A stretch of 64,000 bases of DNA from Bdellovibrionales bacterium (GCA_965197425.1 CBDANC010000015.1:202704-266703), one strand, 5' to 3'; numbered from the stretch's first letter, positions 9,285 through 18,682 are shown. Made by a program: numbers and translations. Notes: generated by a model not told the origin, from the letters alone.

Positions 9285-9593
9285 TTAATTAAAGGTCTTC
9301 CGAACGAGGTCAATAAAGTGAACTTGTTTACTTTTTGACCTAGTGGTTGCCCAGCACTGGAACAAGATGCCGATTCCGTCACGCAAGGTCTTCCCCAATA
9401 CTGATTGAACCTGGCAACAAGTTGGCTATGCCGACTTTTGCCAGGGGAATTACGTTTCGACACAGTCACTTAAGAACCTGCCAAGGCTTCACCTACTTCT
9501 TTTTGCCGAGTGGTTCCTTCCTGGTGGATCTCACAGCTAACCCTGCTACTTACCTGGTTGCCCAGCTATACACGTGTACATCAAACTCATCTC
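9285..9593 (+). repeat. Three tandem, diverged copies of dispersed repeat AAGGTCTTCC...GGTTGCCCAGC
   Basis: Units start near 9291, 9385 and 9482. GGTTGCCCAGC occurs at about 9345 and 9556, and a variant GGTTCCTTCC at about 9511. The sub-block ggctatgccgacttttgcc matches ggctatgcctacttttttttgcc at 29.05 kb. Confidence 0.7.
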
Positions 9594-10157
9594 TTACTGT
9601 CTGCCCATGTACTTTCCGGTTCGGGTATCTACCCTTACGGTGTCTCCTTCGTTGATGTGAAGTGGGACGTTCATCACCAGCCCTGTGTTCATTGTGGCTG
9701 GCTTTAGGGTTCTACCAGTAGCAGAATTGCCTTTAACCCCCGGATCTGATTTTTCAACTACTAGATTAACTTGGTTTGGTACCTCTATATCAACTACTCT
9801 TTGATTGAAAATTACCGCACTAACCTCCAGGTTTTCAGTCAAATAGCCTTTGGCCTCACCAACTTGATCCTCTGTCAAAGTATGTTGGTCAAAGTCAGTT
9901 TGGTTCATAAAAACATACTGGTTGCCAGAATCCTTATATAGGAACAACATATCCTTTGATACTACATCTGGAATTCCAAACTTTTCTCCAGATTTAAATG
10001 TTCTATCTAGATTGGCATTGGTAATCATATTTTTTAGTTTGGTTCTGATGAATGCTCCCCCCTTTCCAGGCTTTACATGTTGAAAATCCAACACAATATG
10101 AGGATCATCATTAAAAAGTATCCTTAGTCCTTTTTTAAAGTCACTTGTTTCGTACAT
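9594..10157 (-). CDS. efp: Translation elongation factor P
   Basis: 187 aa with the hallmark loop VKPGKGGAFIRTKLKN (conserved modified Lys) and the three-domain length typical of EF-P. Confidence 0.95.
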   Translation of the reverse strand: MYETSDFKKGLRILFNDDPHIVLDFQHVKPGKGGAFIRTKLKNMITNANLDRTFKSGEKFGIPDVVSKDMLFLYKDSGNQYVFMNQTDFDQHTLTEDQVGEAKGYLTENLEVSAVIFNQRVVDIEVPNQVNLVVEKSDPGVKGNSATGRTLKPATMNTGLVMNVPLHINEGDTVRVDTRTGKYMGRQ

Positions 10158-10160
10158 ATT

Positions 10161-10922
10161 TTAATCTCTTGAATTTGTGTAAACTCTTTCTAGTACATTT
10201 TGCAATATTTCAATTTTTCTTTCGTTGCTGAGAGTATCACTGGAATCTTCATTGTAAAGGTTGTTTCTGGATGAAAGCATGGCACATCTTCTGGTCAGCT
10301 CACTGTGTTTTCCTAATTCTATCTCAGCCTCATGCAATGTATCTAGAGCCTTTGAGGTATTGCTTCTCAAAATGTATGCGTCTGCCAATGATAGGTATCG
10401 CTCCATTATATTGCATGGTTTCTTGTTACGGGTTTGTTTAATTTTTATCTTTTCTTTTGTGTTGAGGCTTTCTGGTTTTTTCATTTTAAATTGGTCTTGG
10501 TCATTGGAAAGAAGTTTTTTGATTCTGGAAGCCTGTGTTTTGGCTCTAGCATCATATGGGCTTATAAATAAAACACGCTCAAACAAGGCTAGAGCACTTT
10601 TCATATCCGCTTGTTTTAGGTAGAGTTCAGCAAGCATTTTATGTGCAACCAAACTGTCTGGAGCTATCTCGGTTACTCTACAAAGAGCGTCAATGGCACT
10701 TGGTATATCCTGTAAATCTATATAAACCTTAGCCAAACTCAAAAATCCACCAGCAAATTTTGGGTTTGTCTGTGTCCCAATTTTTAGGATCCTTAGGGCT
10801 TTTTCTAAAAAACCAGATTTTCTGTATATCTCAGCTAGGCTGGCAAATACTCTGTTAGTTTTGTCAGACTCATATATCTGCTCATACTTTTTAAACAAGA
10901 AGTCATCTATTTGCAGTTTCAT
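10161..10922 (-). CDS. TPR-repeat protein
   Basis: 253 aa with several 34-aa TPR-like units (LAEIYRKSGFLEKALRILKIGTQTNP, LAKVYIDLQDIPSAIDALCRVTEIAP, LAELYLKQADMKSALALFERVLFISP). It lies 3 nt upstream of efp. Confidence 0.7.
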   Translation of the reverse strand: MKLQIDDFLFKKYEQIYESDKTNRVFASLAEIYRKSGFLEKALRILKIGTQTNPKFAGGFLSLAKVYIDLQDIPSAIDALCRVTEIAPDSLVAHKMLAELYLKQADMKSALALFERVLFISPYDARAKTQASRIKKLLSNDQDQFKMKKPESLNTKEKIKIKQTRNKKPCNIMERYLSLADAYILRSNTSKALDTLHEAEIELGKHSELTRRCAMLSSRNNLYNEDSSDTLSNERKIEILQNVLERVYTNSRD

Positions 10923-10971
10923 AATTGGGTTTGTATTCTATTAGATAAGACTTTAGTTTGTAAAGGGCATT

Positions 10972-11673
10972 ATGTCGGGACATAGTAAATGGGCAACAAT
11001 TAAAAGAGCAAAAGGCGCTCAAGACGCAAAAAGAGGAAAACTTTTTAACAAAGTTGCCAGAGAGATAGCAACCGCAGTCAGAATTGGAGGGAACAATCCA
11101 GAAACAAACCCAAGACTAAAAAAAGCAATAAGGCTTGCTAAGTCAGTCTCCATGCCAAAAGATAACATTTCAAAAATTTTAAATAAGAAAGACCATGATC
11201 AGTATTGTGAAATCACCTATGAGGGATACGCTCCTGGGGGAATAGCGCTAATGATAGAATGTATTACTGATAATAAAACCAGAACTGTTTCTGAGGTAAG
11301 GCATATTTTTAGCAAAATGGGAGGAAGTTTAGGTGAGTCGGGTTGTGTTAAATACCTTTTTGATAAAAAAGGGGAAATTGTGGTTCAGACCAGCAGTGAC
11401 AAATTCAAAGAATTGGCAATAGAATTAGGTGCAAACGATATCATCGAAGAAGAAGATTTCACTATAGTGCTTACCGAATCAGAAGATCACGATGCAATAT
11501 CACAACAAATGACCGAGCAGAATTATGAACCGGTAAGTTCCAAAGTTATAGAAGTTGCTAATACCAATGTAGACATAGCAGGAGAAGCTCGTCAAAAAGT
11601 AGTAAAAGTAATAGAGAAATTAGAAGATCTAGACTGTGTTCAAAATGTATATCACAATATGAATGATGAATGA
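10972..11673 (+). CDS. yebC: YebC/PmpR-family transcriptional regulator
   Basis: The N-terminus MSGHSKWATIKRAKGAQDAKRGKLF is the family signature. It sits upstream of ruvC as in many bacteria. Confidence 0.92.
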   Translation: MSGHSKWATIKRAKGAQDAKRGKLFNKVAREIATAVRIGGNNPETNPRLKKAIRLAKSVSMPKDNISKILNKKDHDQYCEITYEGYAPGGIALMIECITDNKTRTVSEVRHIFSKMGGSLGESGCVKYLFDKKGEIVVQTSSDKFKELAIELGANDIIEEEDFTIVLTESEDHDAISQQMTEQNYEPVSSKVIEVANTNVDIAGEARQKVVKVIEKLEDLDCVQNVYHNMNDE

Positions 11674-12178
11674 CTTAAAAACAAAAGATAAAGTCCCTTT
11701 AAGAATTTTAGGATTAGATCCAGGAACATATCATTCTGGCTACGCAATCATAGATTGTTTGGATAATAAGAGCCAGCACTTAACTCATGGCTCAATTAAT
11801 CCAGACAAAAAACTACCCATAGATAGTAGAATAAAATATATGGCAGATAATTTAGATAAACTACTAACAGAATATGAGCCTAATGTTGCAGCAATAGAAC
11901 AGCCATTTCTAGGGCTCAATGCTAAAAACCTTATTAAGCTTTCTTTGATTCAAGGTGCTTTTATCTATGTTTTAAAGAGTCATAATGTGTCAATACAGGA
12001 AATATCTCCCAAATCTGTCAAGTTGAGTGTTACTGGTAATGGTGCTGCTACAAAGGAACAGGTGAGACTGTTAACAATTGCAAGTTTGGGTATAGACTCT
12101 AATGAAGGTTTAGATGCTACAGATGCTTTGGCTGTGGCCTTGAGTGCGACCCAACATTATAGTACAAGGCATTTATGA
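11663..12178 (+). CDS. ruvC: Holliday junction resolvase RuvC
   Basis: 171 aa with RILGLDPGTYHSGYAIID (catalytic Asp block) and the C-terminal DATDALAVAL motif. It lies in the operon with ruvA and ruvB. Confidence 0.9.
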   Translation: MMNDLKTKDKVPLRILGLDPGTYHSGYAIIDCLDNKSQHLTHGSINPDKKLPIDSRIKYMADNLDKLLTEYEPNVAAIEQPFLGLNAKNLIKLSLIQGAFIYVLKSHNVSIQEISPKSVKLSVTGNGAATKEQVRLLTIASLGIDSNEGLDATDALAVALSATQHYSTRHL

Positions 12179-12744
12179 TAGCGTTCTTAGAGGGCAAAGT
12201 TTTAAACGCTACCCCAGAAAGGCTTTTGTTATTAACCGAAGCTGGGGTTGGATATCAAGTTTTTATAACCAAATTTTCATACAAAGTTATACACAACAAG
12301 CCCAAATGCTCTGTTTGGATTCATACCTCTGTCAGGGAAGATTCCATAACTTTCTACGGCTTTACAAACTTGCAAGAAAAAGCGGTATTTGAGGCTCTAA
12401 TATCAGTAGATAGACTGGGGCCTAAATTGGCGATTAAATTGTTATCGGCAGCACCATTTGATGTAATTTTTGGTATGATAAAAAACTCCGATGTAAAAGG
12501 TCTGTCGAAATTGCCAGGTATAGGTTCAAAAAAAGCAGAACAAATAGTGTTAAAGTTGAAAGGAAGTGTGATTGATGTTGAAGTTGAGTCTTCCAAGTTA
12601 AAGCATAAAGATACTGTGGTAAGTGCTTTGGTTAATTTAGGATTTAGGCAAACTGATGTGGAAAACGTTGTATCTAACTTTAAAAATGATGTGCCGGTGA
12701 AAGAAGCTATAAAAAAGGGCCTTTCAATTTTGTCGGGCTATTAG
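12175..12744 (+). CDS. ruvA: Holliday junction branch-migration protein RuvA
   Basis: The sequence has MIAFLEGKV...GVGYQVFI and the HhH region LPGIGSKKAEQIVLKLK. It overlaps the ruvC stop by 4 nt. Confidence 0.9.
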   Translation: MIAFLEGKVLNATPERLLLLTEAGVGYQVFITKFSYKVIHNKPKCSVWIHTSVREDSITFYGFTNLQEKAVFEALISVDRLGPKLAIKLLSAAPFDVIFGMIKNSDVKGLSKLPGIGSKKAEQIVLKLKGSVIDVEVESSKLKHKDTVVSALVNLGFRQTDVENVVSNFKNDVPVKEAIKKGLSILSGY

Positions 12745-12755
12745 GAGTATAAAAA

Positions 12756-13742
12756 GTGGTTGATGATAGATTGCTTGGTGGTAAAAAACTTGAGCTAGAC
12801 TCTGGAGAAAATAATCTTAGACCTAGAAGCTTTGATGAATTCCCAGGGCAAGACAAGGTCAAGGAGAGACTTAAAGTTATGGTTAAGGCAGCCAAGGGTA
12901 GAAATGATCCCCTGGATCATGTTCTCTTTTGTGGCCCTCCAGGATTAGGAAAGACAACTTTGGGTCACATTATAGCTTCTGAGATGGGCGTTGAACTAAA
13001 AGTAACTTCAGGGCCTGCTATTGAAAAAAAAGGAGATCTAGCAGCTATACTGACAAGTTTACCCCCTTCTGCTGTGTTATTTATTGATGAGATACACAGA
13101 ATAAATCGCACAATTGAAGAGTATTTGTATTCTGCAATGGAGGATTTTTATATTGATATAATTACAGGTGATGGTTTGGGTGCGAAGGCTATGCAATTTA
13201 AGCTTGAACCATTTACTCTTGCGGGAGCAACTACCAGATCAGGACTTTTGAATGCTCCTTTTAGAGAGAGATTTGGAATAACAGAGAGATTAGATTTTTA
13301 TTTGCCAAAAGATTTGACCACTATAGTACTTAGATCAGCAAAAATACTTAACATAAAAATAGATGAGGATGGAGCATTTGAAATAGCATCACGATGCCGT
13401 GGAACACCTAGAGTTTCAAACAGACTACTAAAGAGAATACGGGATTATGCTCAAATTAAATTTGATGATCGTATCGATAAGTTTGTTGCTAGAGAGGTGC
13501 TCATAGAGCTTGAAGTTGATAAGCTTGGTTTAGATTACATGGATAGAAAAATTTTGAAAGCCATAGTTGACAAGTTTGAAGGTGGACCTGTTGGAATAGA
13601 TACTATCAGTTCGGCTATGAGTGAGCAAAAGGATACAATCGAGGAAGTCTATGAACCATATTTGATCAAAGAAGGTTTTCTTATCAAAACTCCAAGAGGT
13701 AGAATCGCCACAAAAAGGACCTTAGATCACTTGAAGGAATAG
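12756..13742 (+). CDS. ruvB: Holliday junction ATP-dependent DNA helicase RuvB
   Basis: Walker A is GPPGLGKTTLGHIIA, Walker B is LFIDEIHR and sensor 2 is RGTPRVSNRLLKR. The start codon is GTG. Confidence 0.95.
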   Translation: MVDDRLLGGKKLELDSGENNLRPRSFDEFPGQDKVKERLKVMVKAAKGRNDPLDHVLFCGPPGLGKTTLGHIIASEMGVELKVTSGPAIEKKGDLAAILTSLPPSAVLFIDEIHRINRTIEEYLYSAMEDFYIDIITGDGLGAKAMQFKLEPFTLAGATTRSGLLNAPFRERFGITERLDFYLPKDLTTIVLRSAKILNIKIDEDGAFEIASRCRGTPRVSNRLLKRIRDYAQIKFDDRIDKFVAREVLIELEVDKLGLDYMDRKILKAIVDKFEGGPVGIDTISSAMSEQKDTIEEVYEPYLIKEGFLIKTPRGRIATKRTLDHLKE

Positions 13743-13858
13743 CAACACAATCTTTCGTATTTAGTTGGTCCCTTATTACATAGGCAGTTTACTGCTTTAT
13801 TGGAAATTTGCATTTTTTGGTCGTCACAAAATTAACAATTTATCCTGTGAATTTGTGA

Positions 13859-14515
13859 TTAATGATTTTGAAGCTCATTTATTTTTTCCTCAATTAAGTT
13901 GATTATATTTGTGTTTTCAAGTTGGAGAGCAATTTCTAGAGCGGTTTTACCATAGAAATCTGTTTTCTTTATGTTTATGTCTGGGTGATCAAGTAATGTT
14001 GGAATTATTTCTTCATGTCCATGTAGTACCGCAAAATGTAGAGTATATCTTCCTTTAAACATTATTCTTAAATTAATATCAGGGTGAGCTACTAGAATTT
14101 TTGCAGTCTCAGTGTCTTTATTTTTAATCGCAGTCATCAGAGGTGGTGACTCTACCGCGCGCTTTCTGTAGTTTACATTGATATCGTCTCGTTTAAGAAG
14201 GTGAGAGACTACTTCGTGTTTTTCTAGTTTAGTTGCTAGTGTTAATGCATGGTCTATTGCTTCACTACAAAGGAATCTGGAGATAAAGTTTAAATCCTTG
14301 GGAGCTTCTATTAATTGAAGTGTCTTTGTAACATCTCCATCTTGTATTGCTGTATTCAACTCTGAATACAACCCCTCACATCTAGTTTCAGAATCTGAAG
14401 ATATATCTCTAACTTTATTTTGTTTAGTATCTACACTTGTGCAGGAAACAATAATCGGGGCTAAAAAAACAAATGTTAAAGAAACTTTATTCAACACTTT
14501 CACCATACCTATCAT
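13859..14515 (-). CDS. Ankyrin-repeat lipoprotein
   Basis: It has a signal peptide with a lipobox (FLAPIIVSC) and ANK units such as YTLHFAVLHGHEEIIPTLLDHPDINIKKTDFYGKTALEIA. Confidence 0.8.
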   Translation of the reverse strand: MIGMVKVLNKVSLTFVFLAPIIVSCTSVDTKQNKVRDISSDSETRCEGLYSELNTAIQDGDVTKTLQLIEAPKDLNFISRFLCSEAIDHALTLATKLEKHEVVSHLLKRDDINVNYRKRAVESPPLMTAIKNKDTETAKILVAHPDINLRIMFKGRYTLHFAVLHGHEEIIPTLLDHPDINIKKTDFYGKTALEIALQLENTNIINLIEEKINELQNH

Positions 14516-14594
14516 TTATCACACATAACTTAATATTTGGTAGTATAAGTATATGGAATACACACCATAGTCTACTGTCAATGCTTATTTCTTT

Positions 14595-14870
14595 AATAGA
14601 AGGTGAGGTTAATGAAGCAAAAATAAGCCGACTTGTTAAATAAAGGTGAGGCTAGTGAACAGCAAACAAATCTGGCTTCGCCAGTTTTTTGCTGTGAACA
14701 CCTGTTTCGCTTTTTTGCTGAGTGCCTGTTTCTATTAAAGGTGATCCCACTATGATCCGGCAAATCGGCAATTGATTTAATTTTTTCTTAAAGGTCCATT
14801 AGCGAAGCGATTGTTTCCCGGTGTAATGTGTAATACAAACCAAATTCCTAAAGGTCCATCAGGCTCTTTA
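14595..14870 (+). repeat. Cluster of at least five short dispersed-repeat modules in the 530-bp region upstream of the giant ankyrin gene
   Basis: The modules are AAGGTGAGGTTAATGAAGCAAAAATAAGCCGAC (about 14599), TAAAGGTGAGGC (14641), TAAAGGTGATCC + TGATCCGGCAAATCGG (14736-14770), TAAAGGTCCATTAGCG (14789) and TAAAGGTCCATCAGG (14849). Each has relatives at 18.63, 28.3, 29.0 and 63.6 kb. Confidence 0.7.
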
Positions 14871-15052
14871 ATGGGGCTTTAGGTAAAAATTTCATAATTG
14901 AAATATCTGTGTAATGTGATTTTTTCTAAAACATTCCAAATCAAACAGTGGGCATAAAAATACTGTTATAATGGAAGGGTCTATATTTGCATTATTTGGA
15001 CTCATAAAAGTTAAAGCATAAAATTTTTCTTAAATAAGGAATAACCTAACTA

Positions 15053-18000
15053 ATGAACTATAAGATCATAATAGTATTTTTATTTGTTTTTATATCTCAT
15101 GGGTTTGCTTTTGGAAGCCCTGCTTGTGTTGATGTCCTGACGGGCAGAGATCCTGAAATACAATCTTGGTTAGATCAAGAACTACTAGAAGCAGTCAAAA
15201 CTGGTGATCTGCAAGATGTCACCTATCTTATAAGTGAAGGTGCTGATTTAAATGTAACAAACAGATATTTAAGTACGCCTTTACATGTGGCTATACGGGA
15301 AGGGCATTATGATGTTGTGGAGTTATTACTTGAAAAAGGAGCAGGTGTAAATGCAAAGAATGTATATGGAAATACACCTTTACATGTAGCTGTAAGTGCA
15401 AAGCAAACTACTATGATAGAGCTTTTTTTAAGAAAGAAAGCTGCAGGTTTGCATATAGGTTTTGATATAAAAAATAATGGTGATGAAGATAATCCTGACG
15501 GATATACCCCAATTGAGCTAGCTGAAAAACAAAACCCAATTACAATTGCAAAACTCCTTAGTGGTGAATTTACTCCGAGGAAAAGGCCACCCACAGAATT
15601 GGATGTAGAACTACTAGAAGCAGTTAAAACTGGTGATCTAAAAAGAGTACATAAGCTTATAGAAGAGGATCCTGATGTTGTACATGCAAGAACCCAAGAT
15701 TGGGGTACACCTTTACATGTGGCTATACAAGCGGGGCATTATGATATTGTGGAGTTATTAATTGAAAAAGGAGCGGATGTAAACGCAAAGAATGTGCATG
15801 GAAATACACCTTTACATACAGCTGTAAGTGCAAGGCAAACTACTATGATAGAGCTTTTTTTAAGAAAGAAAGTAGAAGGTTTGAATGTAGATCTTGATAT
15901 AAAAAATAATGGTGATGAAGATAATCCTGACGGATATACCCCAATTGAGCTAGCTGAAAAACAACACCCAATTACAATTGCAAAACTCCTTAGTGGTGAA
16001 TTTACTCCGAGGAAAAGGCCACCCACAGAATTGGATGTAGAACTACTAGAAGCAGTTAAAACTGGTGATCTAAAAAGAGTACATGAGCTTATAGAAGAAG
16101 ATCCTGATGTTGTACATGCAAAAAACCAATATTGGGGTACACCTTTACATGTGGCTATACAAGCGGGGCATTATGATATTGTGGAGTTATTAATTGAAAA
16201 AGGAGCGGATGTAAACGCAAAGAATGTGCATGGAAATACACCTTTACATACAGCTGTAAGTGCAAGGCAAACTACTATGATAGAGCTTTTTTTAAGAAAG
16301 AAAGCTGCAGGTTTGCATATAGGTTTTGATATAAAAAATAATGGTGATGAAGATAATCCTGACGGATATACCCCAATTGAGCTAGCTGAAAAACGGAATG
16401 CAACTATAATTACAAAACTTCTTAGTGGTGAATTTGCACCTAGGAAAAGGCCACTAGCAGATAATGATATAAGGATACTAGAGGCTAGCGAAAATGGCAA
16501 CCTAGAAGAAGTACATAAGCTTATAGAAAAAGATCCTGATGTTGTACACGCAAGAAATCAACACTGGAGTACACCTTTACACGTAGCTATACAAGTGGGG
16601 CATTATGATGTTGTGGAGTTATTAATTGAAAAAGGTGCGGATGTAAATGCAAAGAATGTGCATGGAAATACGCCTTTACACATAGTTGTAATTGTTGGGG
16701 AGACTGTTTTTGTAAAGTTGTTAATAAGAAATAACGCTAAAGTGGATATAAAAAATGGTAATGAGAAAACTCCTATTGAAATTGCTAAAGAGAGAGGACG
16801 TGGTAGAATTAGGACGTTTCTTGAAGATGGTGGTGAACTCAGAACAAATGAAGTATCACTAACTTGGTTGGACAAAGAATTAATAAAAGCAGTTGAAATG
16901 GGCAATCTAGGAGAAATAAGAGAGCTTATAGAAAATCAAGATGCCAATATAGATGTAAGAAATCCTAAAGGAAAATCAACACTATTACACTTAGCTGCAA
17001 AAATAGGATCCTATGATGTTGTGGAGTTGTTAATTGAAAAAGCTCCTGATTTATTAAATGCAAAAACTGTACATTTAAACACACCTTTACACGTGGCTAT
17101 ACAAGAAGGACAATATGATATTGTGGAATTATTAATTGAAAAAGGTGCGGATGTAAACGCAAAGAATGTGCATGGAAATACACCCTTACATGTAGCTGTA
17201 ATGCACGGACAAATTACTATTATAGAGTTTTTTTTACGAAAGAAAGCAGAAGGTTTGAATGTAGATCTTGATATAAAAAATAATAAGAAAGAGACTCCAA
17301 TTGAACTAGCTGAAAAACGGAACTCAATCATAATTACAAAACTTCTTAGTGGTGAATTTGCATCTAGGAAAAAGCCACCAACAGAATTGGATGTAGAACT
17401 ACTAGAAGCAGTTAAAACTGGCAATCTAGAAGAAGTACATAAGCTTATAGAAGAAGATCCTGATGTTGTGCATGCAAGAACCAGGGAGTGGAGTACACCT
17501 TTACATGTAGCTATACAAGCAGGGCATTATGATATTGTGGAATTATTAATTGAAAAAGGTGCGGATATAAATGCAAAGAATATAAATGGAAATACACCTT
17601 TACACACAGCTGTAAGTCAAGAACAAACTACTATGATAGAGCTTTTTTTAAGAAAGAAAGCTGCAGGTTTGGATATAGGTTTTGATATAAAAAATAATGG
17701 TGATGAAGATAATCCTGACGGATATACCCCAATTGAGCTAGCTGAAAAACAAAACTCAATCATAATTGCAAAGCTACTTAGTGGTGAGTTTGCACCTAGG
17801 AAAAGGCCACCCACAGAATTGGATGTAGAACTACTAGAAGCAGTTAAAACTGGTGATCTAAAAAGAGTACATAAGATTATAGAAGAGGATCCTGATGTTG
17901 TACACGCAAGAACTCAAAATTGGGGTACACCTTTACATGTGGCTATACAATACAGGCATTATGATATTGTGGAGTTATTAATTGACAAAGGTGCGGATGT

Positions 18001-18682
18001 AAACGCAAGGAATGTGCGTGGAAATACACCCTTACACATAGCTGTAAATGACAAACAAATTACTACTGTAGAGCTTTTTTTAAGAAAGAAAGTAGAAGGT
18101 TTGAATGTAGATCTTGATATAAAAAATAATGGTGATGAAGATAATCCTGATGGACATACTCCATTTGAACTAGCTGAAAAACGAAACTTTACTATAATTA
18201 AAAAACTTCTTAGTGGTGAATTTACTCCGAGGAAAAGTCTACCCACAGAATTGGATGTAGAACTACTAGAAGCAGTAAAAACTGGCAAACTAGAAGAAGT
18301 ACGTAAGCTTATAGAAGAGGATTCTGATGTTGTACACGCAAGAAATGAACATTGGGGTACACCTTTACATGTGGCTACACAATACAGGCACAATGATATT
18401 GTGGAGTTATTAATTGAAAAAGGAGCAGATGTAAACGCAAGGAATGTGCGTGGAAATACACCCTTACACACAGCTGTCCGAATTAGTTTTTATGAAGCTA
18501 TAGATATATTGTTAACCATAGAGGAGCTAATTGTAGATGAGGTTAATGATAAAGGTGAAACGGCTTTAGATTTAGCTGCACAAACAGAGAATGAAGTTAT
18601 TTTTGATTTGTTAGTTGATAAATTTTTTCCTAAAGGTCCATTAGCGTCTGTGATCAGGCAATCAGAGCCAGGAATCCAGTAG
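15053..18682 (+). CDS. Giant secreted ankyrin-repeat protein (about 30 ANK units)
   Basis: 1209 aa with a Sec-type signal peptide (MNYKIIIVFLFVFISHGFAFG). The canonical ANK consensus GNTPLHVAV...G..D.VELLIEKGADVNAKN repeats throughout. Confidence 0.92.
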   Translation: MNYKIIIVFLFVFISHGFAFGSPACVDVLTGRDPEIQSWLDQELLEAVKTGDLQDVTYLISEGADLNVTNRYLSTPLHVAIREGHYDVVELLLEKGAGVNAKNVYGNTPLHVAVSAKQTTMIELFLRKKAAGLHIGFDIKNNGDEDNPDGYTPIELAEKQNPITIAKLLSGEFTPRKRPPTELDVELLEAVKTGDLKRVHKLIEEDPDVVHARTQDWGTPLHVAIQAGHYDIVELLIEKGADVNAKNVHGNTPLHTAVSARQTTMIELFLRKKVEGLNVDLDIKNNGDEDNPDGYTPIELAEKQHPITIAKLLSGEFTPRKRPPTELDVELLEAVKTGDLKRVHELIEEDPDVVHAKNQYWGTPLHVAIQAGHYDIVELLIEKGADVNAKNVHGNTPLHTAVSARQTTMIELFLRKKAAGLHIGFDIKNNGDEDNPDGYTPIELAEKRNATIITKLLSGEFAPRKRPLADNDIRILEASENGNLEEVHKLIEKDPDVVHARNQHWSTPLHVAIQVGHYDVVELLIEKGADVNAKNVHGNTPLHIVVIVGETVFVKLLIRNNAKVDIKNGNEKTPIEIAKERGRGRIRTFLEDGGELRTNEVSLTWLDKELIKAVEMGNLGEIRELIENQDANIDVRNPKGKSTLLHLAAKIGSYDVVELLIEKAPDLLNAKTVHLNTPLHVAIQEGQYDIVELLIEKGADVNAKNVHGNTPLHVAVMHGQITIIEFFLRKKAEGLNVDLDIKNNKKETPIELAEKRNSIIITKLLSGEFASRKKPPTELDVELLEAVKTGNLEEVHKLIEEDPDVVHARTREWSTPLHVAIQAGHYDIVELLIEKGADINAKNINGNTPLHTAVSQEQTTMIELFLRKKAAGLDIGFDIKNNGDEDNPDGYTPIELAEKQNSIIIAKLLSGEFAPRKRPPTELDVELLEAVKTGDLKRVHKIIEEDPDVVHARTQNWGTPLHVAIQYRHYDIVELLIDKGADVNARNVRGNTPLHIAVNDKQITTVELFLRKKVEGLNVDLDIKNNGDEDNPDGHTPFELAEKRNFTIIKKLLSGEFTPRKSLPTELDVELLEAVKTGKLEEVRKLIEEDSDVVHARNEHWGTPLHVATQYRHNDIVELLIEKGADVNARNVRGNTPLHTAVRISFYEAIDILLTIEELIVDEVNDKGETALDLAAQTENEVIFDLLVDKFFPKGPLASVIRQSEPGIQ
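15155..18480 (+). repeat. In-frame tandem repeat of 432 bp (144 aa, four ANK units each), about 8 units
   Basis: The landmark CCACCCACAGAATTGGATGTAGAACTACTAGAAGC recurs at 15587, 16019 and 16451, and again at 17375, 17807 and 18239, each spaced exactly 432 bp. Two more diverged units lie between 16451 and 17375. Confidence 0.9.
18627..18682 (+). repeat. Dispersed-repeat modules (TTCCTAAAGGTCCATTAGCG + TGATCAGGCAATC...) forming the last ~19 codons and the stop of the ankyrin gene
   Basis: The segment closely matches intergenic 14786-14805 and resembles 2461-2510 on the minus strand. Its translation is ...FFPKGPLASVIRQSEPGIQ*. Confidence 0.65.

Noticed and set aside
9214-9593. Possible structured RNA gene (tmRNA, RNase P RNA, SRP/4.5S RNA, cobalamin riboswitch, group II intron domain V)
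   Set aside because: I looked on both strands for GAGGAAAGUCC and ACAGAA-type RNase P blocks and found none. The tmRNA GGGG...UUCGAC 5' end, T-arm/CCA 3' end and tag ORF are also absent. Only a weak CCAGGAAGGAACCAC resemblance to the SRP GGAA-tetraloop helix-8 motif is present. The sequence is better explained as repeat copies shared with 28.3 and 29.0 kb.
9275-9707. ORFs of 64, 102 and 65 aa (9275-9469 minus, 9347-9655 plus, 9510-9707 plus) in and around the efp downstream spacer
   Set aside because: They lie inside tandem copies of a non-coding dispersed repeat or antisense to efp. They have odd Cys/Arg/Pro-rich composition and no RBS, so they are most likely not coding.
12144-12392. 82-aa ORF overlapping the ruvC end and the ruvA start in another frame
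   Set aside because: It lies entirely within the ruvC/ruvA coding sequence and has no motif or RBS. RuvA in the neighbouring frame has clear family signatures.
15307-18471. Seven antisense ORFs (65-170 aa) inside the ankyrin gene
   Set aside because: They recur with the 432-bp period of the sense-strand repeat and have low-complexity S/F/P-rich translations. They are artefacts of a long repeat that happens to lack stop codons on the opposite strand.
15155-18480. CRISPR array or other non-coding tandem repeat
   Set aside because: The repeats are 432 bp, in frame and encode ANK units. The 38.5-43.6 kb repeats are likewise coding modules. No short direct repeats with unique spacers occur anywhere in the window.
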